NCBI RefSeq assembly: GCF_964194155.1
Contig: NC_135900.1
Coordinates: 13,950,001-14,014,000, forward strand
Length of the DNA stretch: 64,000 nt
Source: Cetorhinus maximus
Taxonomy: Eukaryota
Direction of reading: 5' to 3'
Shown piece by piece: positions 48,575 through 61,770 of the stretch (its first letter is position 1; every line of letters begins with the position of its first letter). A model generated the notes under the pieces. That model made no database searches, was not told the DNA's origin, and saw nothing but the letters and a program-made list of their open reading frames with translations. Both the position numbers and the translations under genes were made by a program.

Positions 48575-50634
48575 AAACAAAGAACAAAGAACAAAGAAAA
48601 GTACAGCACAGGAACAGGCCCTTCGGCCCTCCAAGCCTGCGCCAATCATATTGCCCGTCAACTAAAACATTTTGCACTTCACGAGTCCGTATCCCTCTAT
48701 TCCCATCCTATTCATGTATTTGTCAAGCTGCCTCTTAAACAACACTATCGTACCTGCTTCCACCACCTCCTCTGGCAGCGAATTCCAGACACTCACTACC
48801 CTCTGCGTAAAAAACTTGCCCCGCACATCTCCTCTATAGTTTTCTCCTCTCACCTTAAATCTATGTCCCCTAGTAATTGACTCTTCCACCCTGGGGAAAA
48901 GTTTCTGACTACCTACTCTGTCCATGCCACTCATAATTTTGTAAACTTCTGTCAAGTCGCCCCTCAATCTCCGTCGCTCTAGTGAGAACAATCTGAGTTT
49001 CTCCAACCTCTCCTCATAGCTAATAACCTCCAGACCAGGCAGCATCCTGGTAAACCTCCTCTGCACCCTCTCCAATGCCTCCAAATCCTTCTGGTAATGT
49101 GGTGACCAGAATTGCACGCAATATTCCAAGTGTGGCCTAACCAAGGTTCTATACAGCTGCAGCATGACTTCCCAGCTTTTATACTCAATACCCCTGTCAA
49201 TGAAGGCAAGCATGCCATATGCCTTCCTGACTACCTTATCCATCTGCGTTGCCACTTTCAGTGACCTGTTGACCTGCACACCCAGATCCCTCTGCCCGTC
49301 AATGCACTTAAGGGTTCTGCCATTTACTGTATAATTCCTGCCTGTATTAGACCTTCCAAAATGCATTACCTCACATTTGTCCAGATTAAACTCCATCTGC
49401 CATTTCTCCGCCCAAGTCTCCAACTGATCTATATCCCGTTGTATCCTTTGACAATCCTCTTCACTATCTGCAACTCCTCCAACCTTAGTGTCATCTGCAA
49501 ACTTACTAATTAGCCCAGTTACATTTTCCTCCAAATTATTTATGTATACTACAAACAGCAAAGGTCCCAGCAGTGATCCCTGAGGAACTCCACTAGTCAC
49601 AGCTCTCCATTCAGAAAAGCACCCTTCCACTGCTACCCTTCTATGACCAAGCCAGTTCGGTATCCATCTTGCCAGCTCACCTCTGATCCCGTGCGACTTT
49701 ACCTTCTGTACCAGTCTGCCATAAGGGACCATGTCAAATGCCTTACTGAAATCCACGTATATAACATCCACTGCCTTTCCATCATCGATCATCTTTGTCA
49801 CTTCCTCGAAAAACTGATCAAGTTAGTGAGACACGACCTCCCCTTCACAAAACCATGCTGCCTCTCACTAATACACCCATTTGCTTCCAAATGGTAGTAA
49901 ATCCTGTCACGCAGAATCTTCTCCAATAATTTCCCTACCACTGATGTAAGGCTCACCGGCCTGTAATTTCCTGGATTATCCCTGCTACCCTTCTTAAACA
50001 ATGGAACAACATTGGCCATTCTCCAGTCCTCTGGGACCTCACCTGTAGCCAATGAGGATACAATGATTTCTGTCAAGGCCCCAGCAATCTCCTCCCTTGC
50101 CTCCCTCAGTACTCTGGGGTAGATCCCATCTGGCCCTGGGGACTTATCCACTTTAATATTCTTCAAGACGCCTAACACCTCCTCTTTTTTGATCTCAACA
50201 TGATCCAGGCTATCTACACACTCTTCCCTAGACAAATCGATTGCTAAGTCCTTCTCTTTGGTGAATACTGATGAGAAGTATTCATTTAGTATCTCTCCCA
50301 TTTCTTCTGGCTCCACACACAGATTCCCACCTCTGTCCCTGAGAGGGTCTAACCTTTCCCTGGCTATCCTCTTGCTTTTTACATATGTATAAAAGGCGCA
50401 GGGATTTTCCTTAATCCTGATTGCCAGTGACTTTTCATGACCCCTTTTAGCCCTCCTGACTCCTTGCTTAAGTTTCTTCTTACTTTCTTTATATTCTCCA
50501 TGGGCTTCATCTGTTCCCAGCCTTCTAGCCCTTACGAATGCTTCCCTTTTCTTTTTGACTAATCTCACAATATCCTTCGTTATCCAAGGTTCCTGAAACT
50601 TGCCATGCTTATCCTTCATCCTAGCAGGAACATG
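48575..50634 (-). mobile_element. Young 5'-truncated CR1 (HER1-like) LINE
   Basis: RT domain: DKSPGPDGIYPR, NYRPVSLTS, QHGF, DFSKAFD, GVPQGSLLGP, KFADD; (ttctttg)n tail. Confidence 0.97.
48662..50634 (-). pseudogene. CR1 ORF2 reverse transcriptase (5'-truncated, one frameshift near 49800)
   Basis: ORFs 49798-51036 (RT part) and 48662-49801 join at LTNLISF/VTKMID. Confidence 0.93.
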
Positions 50635-53600
50635 ATTCTGGCAAGCAGGCTTATAATGAGATGCTAAAGTATCAGGTTCCTGACATACGACGGGTGGAGC
50701 GGATGATCGCAAACTGCTTTCACGATGGCGTGAAACCAATTTTTGGCCTTCTTGCCATATTGTCTGTCTCCACCTCCCCCTGCCCGCCCACCACCTGCCA
50801 TGATGCCCAACACCAACGGGTCTGGAAAATTCCAGCCTATGGTGACATTTTGTGCATTTTCTAGTTAGTTGTTTAAAATCAATGTCTGAAGAGCTGGGTA
50901 ACAAATTGATTGATTTAGAACATGAAATGGCTGTTAATGAACTAAAGGATGCACAACTGTACAGTGCCACTCTAATTAAACGAGAAGAAAAGATAATATA
51001 CTCTATAGTTAATTTATAACGATATAGATACTCCATTATGCTACTGGTTTTCCATCGTTACTCTATTGCTACAATTACTTGACTACAGCTACATCACTAC
51101 TCTTGGATCCATTACACATTTAACTTGAAAAGAGGCTGGCAAATGAAAAGGTTAATATTGTACCAGGACACCATTCATTTTAACATAACCTTTACAGAAT
51201 GAATGACAGAAATATTAGATTTAAGATGAAACGTCACTGTCACCATTGTCCCCCTTTCTATCAAAGCAATTACAAAGAATCACATTTAATGTGGCTTTGC
51301 TCAGTGCTGTCTTTCTGTTGTTTCTTTTTGAATATTTCTGTTTAAACTTGAAAGCGATCGCACTAGCTGACAGTCTGTAAGAAGTAAACAGACAGCAGTA
51401 GAAATGGAGCCATAAATTCAGTAAAGTGTTGAGGCTTCCACTGTGTTAACTTAGCTCATGTTGAGATATTTAAGATCTCCTTCAAGTCAAATCTTCACAT
51501 TAGCAGCTGCTGCTAAAACATCGAGTAAAATTCAACAGATATAAATTAAATAACCAAGTGAATACTTTGGAACTCACTTTATTTGATTTTGGTAATATTG
51601 TTCATTGTAATGCAGCTTATGCAAAACAAAAGCAATCACTCACAGGGAATACACTTTAAATTCTACATGATAGCAAACGAACAAGGAGTTTTAATTTCAG
51701 ATATGACTGCAGGTAGGATTGGGGCCTGTGATTGAGGTTTGTGAATGAAAAAGGAGAAAAGAGAAGGAAGGAGAACATTAAATCCTAAATAATTAAAACA
51801 TAGGAGCATAAGCATAGGGCTTAGAAGGACAAGGGCAGCAGATAGATGGGAACACCACTGCCTGGAAGTTCCCCTCCAAGTCACTCGCCATCCTGACTTG
51901 GAAATTGTTCCTTCACTGTCGTTGGGTCAAAATCCTGGAACTCCTTTCCCAACAGCACTGGGGGTGTACCTACACCATAAGGACTGCAGCAGTTCAAGAA
52001 GGCAGCTCACCACCACCTTCTCAAAGGCAATTAGGGATGGGCAATAAATGCTGGCCCAGCCAGCGAAGCCCACATCCCGTGAATGAGTGAAAAAAAAAAG
52101 AAACTGGACTGCTCTGGGTCAATTTTCAGACTAAAATGGATACCTAAAGGGTCCAATATGTTGGGCAGCAGGTGTATACTCATTCTGTGGCAGAAGGACA
52201 CTACCCGCCATCTTAGTTAGGATTCCTCCTCCTCAAGTACCCAGGCCTTAAAATCCCTGTCCACGTGTAAATCAGGGGCAAGGGTTGGTGGGGGGGGTGG
52301 GGAGGGCTTTGCCTGTTTCAGGCCGTCTTTGCGAAATTTAATCGTGAATGACTGTGGCCTGTTGGTTAATCTTTTCAGGTGCTCAGCATCTAAACCAGCG
52401 ATCATTAATGGGACAGCTGGAGGTTGCTACCTGATAGGTGATTTTTCTAAAGAAAGATTTTCTTGCTTATTGCAAGAGCGAGCCTCCCGGCTTCACATTA
52501 AATCCGAGGGCTGCTGCCGTCTATCGCTAGCTGATCGCTCCTATCCAGGCTTGGTTGCAGATCTCACTTGGCTTAGTCGCTGAAAATTCCACCATACCAC
52601 AGCTAGCGCGCTGTCACTGGTACCCACAGAGAGTGCCCACAGCTTGTCCCAGTTCAAACAGGATCCCATTTACCGGCCTGCGGACTAAGGCCAGGTAAAG
52701 GATTGGAGAATTACGCAGAAGGGTTGGCTAGAAATAATGTAGCAATGTTTATCCAGGACTCTTAATATGTACCCATGTGAAACCGGCCGTTTGTCATCGG
52801 TTTACCCAGTGGACGAGTTGCGGAAAAGTGAAATGGTTTCCTTGGCGTTGTAATTTTATTTAATGAGAAGCTTTATTTGGTGCAACGTGAAACTAAAATG
52901 TCCCATTGCAGATTGTAAAAAAAAAAAAGCCCATTTCACGGGCCACTCTAGGTAAAATCACTTAATCTCGCTGGAACCTGACCTCATTACTTTTGGTTGC
53001 TATTGTGTAAATGTCAAAGCTAACAGAGGCCTCTGGAAGAGGAGCAGTCCACTGAGAGGAATAAATATTTTTTAAAAGGCATGCCTCTCAGGATCCATGT
53101 AATTGTCCATACCGTGTCGTGACTCTGCTCACCACGACACTCTTGGCCTTTGACCCTGTCAAACCCCCTCAAACCTTCCAATTTATTTCTGGGGCCCTGT
53201 GAATAGAAGCAAGTGGATCAGATTTTGCCTAACAGACGTTCTGTTACCACATTAAGGCATCTGGATTTCAGTTATTGTGCGCACCCTAAAGTCCGAACAG
53301 TGACAAAGCATCGCAAGAGACTAATTGGTCTATCGGAGTGAGATTTATTACGAAAAAGTGCGGGACATCCATAAAGCCATTTAAGCCCCGGGAACAGTTT
53401 ACTTTTCAGGATGTGACTTGTCAGATTAGATTATACATGCAACCCAAAAGGAGTAAGGATTCTAGATTAGTGACATGGTGCTTTTTAATGTTGTAAAACA
53501 GTAAAGGGCTTTCAGCCCCTGCAGGTTATAAATATTAATATGAAAACAAAATTACTTAACCAAATTTACTTTTTCAAATGGTTAGTGAAAGGGCTTTAAA

Positions 53601-54764
53601 GAAATGATGAATTTAAAGGGGAATGAGGGCATGCATTGAAACAGGGAAACCTGCTGATATCAGCGAGACCTATCAGAGGTATCCCACTTACGTTGTCCTC
53701 ATTCTGCCTATCTCTGCCCCCTCAAGATTTATGCCCCTTCCTTCTGCCGGGTCCTCACCTCTTTGCCGTGAACTTGGCATCCACCCGAAGTACTAGTCAA
53801 GAAGGTAGTTTCCACCTTCACCCGTTCACCCGGTGGTAAACTGGCGGAAAGGAGTGCCCACCCGTGTACAACTCGACCGATTTCCTGTTCCTTTGATGGC
53901 AATGAGAGGGAAAATCGTACCGCGTGCAGAGTGGGCAGGCCATCTGAGACCTCCAGTTTATGCACCCCACTGCCCCACCCTAGTTATCTCCAGCGGAATA
54001 AAAACCAGACCAGCTAGCTATACAATGGGTTGGCACTCACCTCTGTCAGTCTACTGGCCAGATGGGGCAAGTGAAATGATCCGCACTTGTACGAAGTACA
54101 GTGGAGACTAATTAAAATCCTGGGTGCCTTTGTAACTCAGGATGCAGCGAGACAGGAAGGCACAGTGATATTCACCCAAGCTGACTGCCTTAATTCCACT
54201 CGCTTTAGTATGACAAAGTAACGAGGACTGCCAACAGGATAATTCACTGCTCTAAGTTTTCTTTTGCTCCATTATTTCAGTGCTTTGTTACACAAGAGCT
54301 CCATTAAGATTTCAGCTCATGCAATATTTACCGCTTCTGCCTCAGCCAAGTTAGGCTGCAGCACTAACTCAAGGAGTGCTGGCAGATCATTGCCTTTACA
54401 GGTCAGTGGATAACAGTAAATCAGGCCACAGTAGCCCTCTGGAATTACTATATCAGGGAGCCACTTAGCAACTGTCATCAGTAAACAGTATGGTCCAGGC
54501 CACAACAGCTGAGCTTCTTACGGATTTCAATTTATTCCTTAAGCAAACTATAATTTCCTAAATTGTAAGGAAGAAAACATTATCACAGTCATGGCAACTT
54601 ACATATATTTTTATCAACATCCCTCACTGAGGGAAATGTCTCTGGCAAGGCCTCAGTAGGTTGAGTGGCTTCCCTTTGTGCCATAATGAAGCTATGACTC
54701 CTTTTCAATGGGAGAACCGGACACCCGCCGGGAGATGTCACAACTGGGAAAACTGAAGACATTG

Positions 54765-54880
54765 GGTGGGATTTCCCAGCCCCGCCCACCACCGGAATCA
54801 TCCGGTGCCGCCGAAAGTCGATGGTCTTTTGGCTGGGCCGCCGAATCTCCCACGGCGGGTCCTGCGGCGAGATCCCGGCC
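54765..54880. mobile_element. Short GC-rich MITE
   Basis: Termini gggtgggattt / agatcccggcc, CpG-rich island. Confidence 0.5.
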
Positions 54881-54992
54881 ATTTGTTGATGAAATAGGTT
54901 AAAAGGAGCTTTTGAGGAATAGGACCAAACTAGCAAAGCGAAGTTATCAGGGAGAGATTTCAGAGGGAATGGGCACTGTGACTGAACGACTG

Positions 54993-55413
54993 GGGCCAGA
55001 CTTTCCTCTCCCGATACGGGCGGGATGAGGCCTCCTGAAGGTTTAATAAAATAATTAAATAACTATTGCTAAATGTACGAACATGTCCCAGCTCATGTGA
55101 CACTGTCACATGAGGGGATATGTTTAAATAATGTTTCTCTTCATTTATTCGAAACTTTCATTATCAACTTAATCTCCCTGAGGTAGCTCCGTGCCTCAGG
55201 GAGATTGCTGCGCTCTTTCATGCGCATGCACGAAAGAACGCAGACCCCAACTCTCCCTCCTCCCCCCGCCCACATAGGTTGCGCTGAGCGCTACTGGACG
55301 CTCGTTATGCTGGGCGGGCCTTAATTGGCCCACCCACGTGGATGGTATTCGGCTCCACGCCCGCTCCCTGCCCACTCCAGCCCAGCCCGCCCGACATAGA
55401 TAAGATGCAGCCT
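54993..55413. mobile_element. Harbinger-type MITE
   Basis: Internal homology to 30780-31432 and 9775-10241 ('ctccctgaggtagctccgtgcctcagggag', 'gggccttaattggccc'). Confidence 0.75.
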
Positions 55414-55781
55414 ATGGAGTTTGATGCACACGTGTAGTTGCTGCTGCTGTCTTGTAGATAAAGTTAAATGTTTACACTAAGAAAAGTTGTCTGAAAGATC
55501 AATTCTCTAACATCCACATCCAAGTAGAGTTAGCAAATTTTTTTTTGACATCAATGACTGGAAATAAATCAGCCCATTTGAACAGTGCCAACACAAGAAA
55601 CACCGAGCTATAGCAACAACTGACTTGCATAATTCTGATAGTTAATAATATTTTCACCCGCCTCACCAATATTTCCTCTCTCCTTTTGAATGGCAATTTA
55701 TATTGCTATATAATATAAAAATAAAACAGAAAATCCTAAAAAGCTCAGCAGGTTTGGTAGCATTTGTGGAGAGAGAAACAG

Positions 55782-55820
55782 AGTTAACATTTCGAGTCCG
55801 TATGATTCTTCTTCAGAGCT
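55782..55820 (-). ncRNA. Minimal hammerhead ribozyme motif in the Penelope terminal repeat
   Basis: AGCU-CUGAAGA-A-GAaUC auacg GACUC-GAAA-uGUU-AACU on minus. Confidence 0.6.
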
Positions 55821-57627
55821 AAAGAGAAGTAGAAATGTGATGGATTTTATACTGTTTAAGAGGGGGCGGAGCAGGTGGAACAAAATAGAAGGTCAGGGAT
55901 AGGTGGGAGCTAAGGAGAGATTAACAAAGGTGTCATGGACACAAGACAAAGGACGTGTTAATGGTAGTGTTAAAGACTAAGGAAGGTGCTGATAGTGGCA
56001 TAAAGGTCAGATAGCAGAATGTGTTAATAACAGAACAAGGGTCAGTGCTCATGAACACAAAACATTAAAACAAGTGACAGATAGCCCTGCGGGGGATGGG
56101 GGTGTAGTTTGGGGAAAAGGATAAAAAAATGAACAAATCATTAAATATAATAAACAAATAAATAAAAATTGGATTAAAAAGGGAGTCAAAAGGGAGGAGA
56201 GATTTCATGATCTGAAGCTGTTGAACTCAATGTTAAGTCCAGAAGGCTGTAAAGTGCCTAATCAGAAGATGAGGTGCTGTTCCTCCAGTTTGCGTTGAGC
56301 TTCACTGGAACATTGCAGCAGGCCAAGGACGGACATGTGGGCATGAGAGCAGGGTGGAGTGATGAAATGGCAAGTGATAGAGGAGGTCTGGGTCATGCTT
56401 GCGGACTGAGTGAAGGTGTTCGGCAAAGCGATCACCCAGTCTTCATTTAGTCTCCCCAGTGTAGAGGAGACCGCATTGGGAGCAGCGAATGCAGTAGACT
56501 AAATTGAAGGAGGCGCAAGTGAAGTGCTGCTTCACCTGAATGGAGTGTTTGGGGTCTTGGATGGTGAAGAGGGAGGAGGTAAAGGGGCAGTTTCTGCACC
56601 TTCTACGATTGCGTGGGAAGGTGCTGTGGGAAGGGGACGAAAAGTCGGGGGGTAATGAAGGAGTGGACCAGGATGTCACGGAACAGTCCCTACGTAATGC
56701 CGATGGGGGGGAGGGGAGGACGTGTTTGGTGGTGGCATCATGCTGGAGTTGGCGGAAATGGCGGAGGATGATCCTTTGAATGTGGAGGCTGGGGTGAAAA
56801 GCGAGGTTAAGAGGGACCCCATCATGGTTCTGGGAGAGCAGGGGAGGGGTGAGGTCAGATGTGTGGGAGATGGATCAGACACAGTTGAGGGCCCTGTCAA
56901 CCACAGATGGGGGGGCAACCTCGATTAAGGAGAAAGGAAGACATGTCAGAAGTGCCATTTTGGAAGGCGGCATCATCAGAACAGATGCGTCAGAGGTGGA
57001 GAAACTGAGAGAATGGGATGGAGTCCTTACAGGGAGCGGGGTGTGAGGAGCTGTAGTCGAGGTAGCTGTGGGAGTCGGTAGGCTTGTAATGAATATTGGT
57101 GGACAGTCTATCACCAGAAATGGCAGCAGAGAGGTCAAGGAAGGAAAGGAAGTATCAGAGATGGTTCATGTGAAGGTCATTGAGGGGTGGAAATTGGAGG
57201 CAAGGTTTTTCCAGGTCTGGACGAGAGTATGAAGCGGCATTGATACAGTCATCGATGTACTGAAAGAAGAATTATTGAAGGGGGCCTGAGTAGGACTGGA
57301 ACGAGGATTTTAAAAAATATTTCATGATTTGTTCATTTTTTAATATCTTTTTCCAAATCCCCCCTCACCCACAGGGCCATCTGTCAGTTGTTTCTATGTT
57401 GTACTTTCACCAGTGCTGACCCTTGTTCTACTACTAACACCTTCTGCAATCTATCCTTTATACTACTCTCAGGCCTCCTTTACTCTTCACCACTACCATT
57501 CACACTCCCTCTGTCTTGTGTCCATGACATCTTGTCAATCTCTCCTTGGCTGTCACCTATCCCTGACCCTCTATCTTGTTCCACCCCCTCTTAAACAGTA
57601 TAAAATCCATTATTTCTACTTCTCTTT

Positions 57628-57666
57628 AGCTCTGAAGAAGAGTCATACGGACTCGAAACATTAACT
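57628..57666 (+). ncRNA. Minimal hammerhead ribozyme motif in the inverted Penelope terminal repeat
   Basis: AGCU-CUGAAGA-A-GAGUC auacg GACUC-GAAA-CaUU-AACU; perfect 5-bp stem II. Confidence 0.65.
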
Positions 57667-58339
57667 CTGTTTCTCCCTCCACAGATGCTGCCAGACCGGC
57701 TGAGTTTTTCCACTATCCGCAGTATTTCGCTTCTATATTGCTATACAGCTGCTTATAGTTGCTACCTCAACTGAAGGCAATGACTGCCAGACCGATATTT
57801 GACCATGAGGGCCTTCACAAACTGACTCTCTTCCTAATGAACTTTCCAGTCACAGGAGAAGGAAGCGTGTTTGATTCCCATTCCTTCCTAACCAGGGGCA
57901 GTGAGGTCAAATGTAACGCTGCTTCTCCAACCTTTGCGTCATTGCTGAAATGGGTGAACTTAGCACAATACCAAGACCCACATGCTCTATTAATCCACTG
58001 AGCTGTTTCAAGACCACTTTAGCAACTTTAGCTGTATTTTCCTACCAGATAGGTAAATGTTTTTCTTACGTAGCCATTTGGGACATTTTAAAGTGTCACT
58101 TGCTCTCACAGAGATGCACTGCATGCTGAAAGTGAAACCCACAATTTGGACCAATACTCTAGTTGGAAATTTGAAAAACAAAGATACAATGCCAGGTTTC
58201 TTTGGGCTGACAATAGACTACACGTGAACAGTTTTCAACACTTCTTTTTCACTTCTCATTGAACTCGTGTAATAATGGATGATTACGATCCGCGTAAATA
58301 ATCGTCGTAATTTCTAAATGACACCAAATAAACAGGCGT

Positions 58340-58712
58340 GACAGCAATTTTTAAAACACATCAGAATATAATTCCGCAATACATCTTCGTAACCTCCTCC
58401 AGCCCTAAAATTCTCCAAGGTCTCTTTATTTCACCAATTCTGGCTTCTTTGCCTTACTTTTCAACAGTGTATCATTGGAGCCCATATGCCTTCAGTCATC
58501 CAAGCCCTCAGATTTGGAATTTCCTCCCTAAATCCCTCTGCCTCTCGACTTCTCTCTCATCCTTTAAGATGCTCCTTATAACCCAGTTCTTTGGCAAAAC
58601 ATTTGGTCACCTGTCCCCTTACACTGTTTTAAATTTTGATTGATAATGCTCCTGTGAAACATTTTAGGATGATTTACTACATTAAAGGTGCTATAAAAAT
58701 ACAAGTTGTTGA
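58340..58712 (+). mobile_element. L2-like LINE 3' fragment
   Basis: AFSHPSPQIWNFLPKSL..STSLSSFKMLL; tail 'aaaggtgctataaaaatacaagttgttg'. Confidence 0.75.
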
Positions 58713-60029
58713 TTCCCGTAATGTTTAGGAGCTGGATGCAGTGGAGCTCTTTAGCCTTTCTGTTTCTGACTTGGAGGGAAAACAGCACACTGCAACCCTG
58801 TCAAGCAAATGATAGTGTACAAATCTTGGGGCAGAATCCTCCCTCCCCACCCGTGGCAGGTTTCGTGGCGAGCGGGAGTGGAGAATCCAGCAGCAGGCAA
58901 AAAGTCTCAAATCCACCATCGTAAAAGTAGGTTGCAATTCTCCCGATGGTGCGTTTGTGGCAGGTCGGTTGTACCGCCGACTAGTGGCGCGAACGCTATT
59001 TGCATTCATTAACATCGCATGAATGCTCATTAAAACAGCTGGAATCTTGCCAGCGGGAATTTACTTTGACCTCAAACCCATTTGAAAAGGGTTTGAACAG
59101 CGCACCTGTCGGACCTCAGTTGGCTGGGAACTTCGAGGTGTGCGGAACATAGCGCTGCACCGGTCTTGTTGCGATGAACGCCACCATGCTGGGGCTGTAG
59201 GGTTGGTCTGCTCTTACTCTTTGCCCACATTGTCCCGAAGAACGCGTGACACTCATGCAGGCCTCCACTTTCAGGAACTAGCACTTCAGCCGGGGGTGGG
59301 CCGCGAGGAGAAAGTGGGGTTGATGAACACGAAGGGGGCCATTGGGAGGGAAGGCTGTGGAATGGCAGCGAGGGGGGAAGGGCAAACACGAACGGGGGGG
59401 TCTTTCTGGGGTCACCCTCTAAACTCTTGTTGCCACAGGAGTGAACAGGGGTCAACTTAGAAAGGAAGGAGGAAGACCTCCTTGTGATGAAAGCTGCTGA
59501 AAGACAATGGCTTCATTAGCCCTTGTTAAAGGGCTACTCAGAACTCACAGTTGCTGCACCTCAAGGTTAACACATAGGGATGTAGACTTTGGGAATGCAG
59601 ACAATAGTGAAGGAAGCACAGCTCTATCATATATGGCATTCTATCAATGAAGGCTGTCACCTGTTCACCAGATTTGATCTCCCAATGGGCCAAAGGACAT
59701 CCGCTCATTGACCATGAGCAACTGATTGGTCATTAATATGCCACATCAGAGATTGGAGCACAGAGCTAGGTTGGGCTGCTCACCTCACTGAAATATTAGT
59801 ATCCCATGCAGCGCTCAGGATGTTGCATATCTGCAATGCCATCTTGGTCACCATGATGTGTGTGCTAGTGTCTCAGGGACAAGGCCGCATCAGCCACCAT
59901 GCAAGTAGGGCAGGAAAAAGTACAGACCCTTACAGTTTCCATACGTTTCATCTTCTGAACTTAACTTCCTTACCCCTTGAATCATTGATGTCTTCAATGC
60001 TTCCCTTCAGAGAGAAGGCAAAAGCACAT

Positions 60030-61249
60030 ATGGATCCAGGGCTCAATGCTGCTTTTGTCAGGGTCCTAATACAATAGAGGAGGTGACGGAGGGAGAGGCG
60101 ACTCCGCGCAGAGGAGGGACATGGTCAAGCAGAGCCTGAGCATGAACAGGAGGGTCAGGAGGAGAGAGTCAGACAACTGGGGCAACTCGCCAGCCCTAGA
60201 GTTTGTCATAGAAGAGTCTCCTATTTACAAATGAGTGGGAGACAATGCTGTGCACATCTGTGCTTGTCCCGAGCTCTGGTACATCACATATGCCACATTC
60301 TTCGTGAAGACCTGATGCCACGTGAAGTTGGACGGTATCCCTTGCCAGTGGCTTTGAAGGTGACCGCAGCACTCAATTTCTTGGCCCCTGGTACTTTCCA
60401 AGGATCAACAGGGCACCTGTGTGGCTTTGCTTAGTCCGCAACACAATGATGCAAAAAGGAGGTCACAGATGCCCTTTATGAGAAGGTCCACCATTATGCC
60501 AGGTTTGCTCTAGGTGAAGATAGCCAGGCTGCAAGACTCACTGGCTTCGCTGCCATCTCAGTCTTCTCAAGAGTACAGGGTGCAATAGACTGCACCCATG
60601 TGGCTATACGGGCTCCAAAGCAACAGGCTCTAATGTTTATAAACTGCAATGGCTACCATTCCATCTATACCATTCCATCAATGTACAACTGGTTTGTGAT
60701 CACTGGAAGTACATTCTGCACGTTTGTGCACGGTACTCTGGGAGTTGCCATGACCCCTACAACCTGAGTCACTCCTGGATGCCTGAGATTTTCAAGGGGC
60801 TGTTACGTCTGCAGGGATGTCTGCTTGGGGTATCCACTGAAACGCTGGCTGATGACACCAGTGTGTCGCACTCAGAGTCCTCCCAAGGAGAGGTACAATG
60901 CTGCTCACAGCTCCACACGCTCCCTTAAAGAGCAGACCATAGGGCTTCTGAAGATGCGCTTCAGAAACTTGCACCGCTCAGCTGGCTCACTCCAGTACAC
61001 TCCCGACAGGTTTCCCACATCATCACAGTGCATTGCGCTCTTCACAATCTGGCATTGCAAAGAGGGGAACCCCTGCCAGAGAATGACTGGGAGGAAGATG
61101 TGAGCTCATTGGAGGATGAAGATCTGGAGACCCAGGAGCCTCAGGAAGCTGCTGAGGGTCAGTATGAGCGCGGTTGCGCCATGGAGGAAGGAAGATGTGG
61201 GCGACGTGCCCGTGATACCTTAATTACTGAAAGGTTCCAGGAAGAGTAA
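60030..61249 (+). pseudogene. Harbinger DDE transposase (HARBI1-like), disrupted
   Basis: LPVALKVTAALNFLA, GAIDCTHVAI, GSCHD, YPLKRWLMTP, EQTIGLLKMRF, CALHNL; stops, frameshifts and loss of the DxGY aspartate. Confidence 0.92.
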
Positions 61250-61470
61250 AGTTAATTGAGGGAATGTGGCCACATCTCCCCATGTCCTCAATGCCATTTT
61301 CTTTAAACTAAGGGGATGTCTACCCACTTGCAGTGAGAAGGAGTCTTGCATTCACACTTGCATGTTCTGTTCCCCGCTAATGGTTGCGTGAGACCCCCTG
61401 AAGAGAGTAGCCGTTTGAGTGCATGATGCCATGATGGGAGCTTGATATTGGAGGGAGTTGAAGGATGACT

Positions 61471-61770
61471 TACCTTGGCGGAGCGGATGAGATCATTCAT
61501 CCTCTTCCAGCACTGGATGGCATTTCAGACGCAGCTGCCAACTGCGCTGACCCGCTCCCCGACGACCTCCCAGGCCGGAGAGGTGAGGCTGCTGTGTTTC
61601 CTGCAGCCACTCCTGTGATAGAGCATGTGCCTGTGTGCTGGCACCCCTCTGATCAACGCCTGGAGGGCCTGATGGGTGAAGCAGGGTGTTGCCACCTTCT
61701 TCAGGCTCTTGGCTTTCGTCTTCAGGCTCTTGGCCTTCGTCTTCGTCTTCATCTTCTGGCTGCCAGACCC
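61471..61770 (-). pseudogene. Harbinger Myb/SANT-like DNA-binding protein exon 1
   Basis: PCFTHQALQALIRGV...PAWEVVGERV...QCWKRMNDLIRSAK followed by donor GTAAGT. Confidence 0.85.

Larger units (their letters stand above)
43690..50838 (+). mobile_element. Harbinger Myb derivative (43690-44347 and 50635-50838) split by Gypsy copy B and a CR1
   Basis: MAPKAKKSAAPRFNDTPLGHLLDAMEA..PAWQAVAEMV; right part matches 36170-36360 and ends in a TIR-like aaaattccagcc. Confidence 0.85.
55711..57733 (-). mobile_element. Penelope-like retroelement (5'-truncated) with inverted terminal repeat
   Basis: GIY-YIG endonuclease (CRNC...FTCASFNLVYCIRCSQCGLLYTGET, ORF 56443-56679) and RT-end remnants; 55720-56150 repeated in inversion at ~57310-57733; 12-bp TSD tatattgctata (55699-55710 / 57734-57745). 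Confidence 0.93.

Noticed and set aside
50635-51036. N-terminal ~130 aa of the 412-aa ORF as a novel domain fused to RT
   Set aside because: Chance read-through from unique DNA and the antisense Harbinger end into a 5'-truncated CR1.
60030-61249. Host HARBI1 gene
   Set aside because: Multiple stops and frameshifts, and it lies between TIRs with a Myb partner, so it is a transposon copy.
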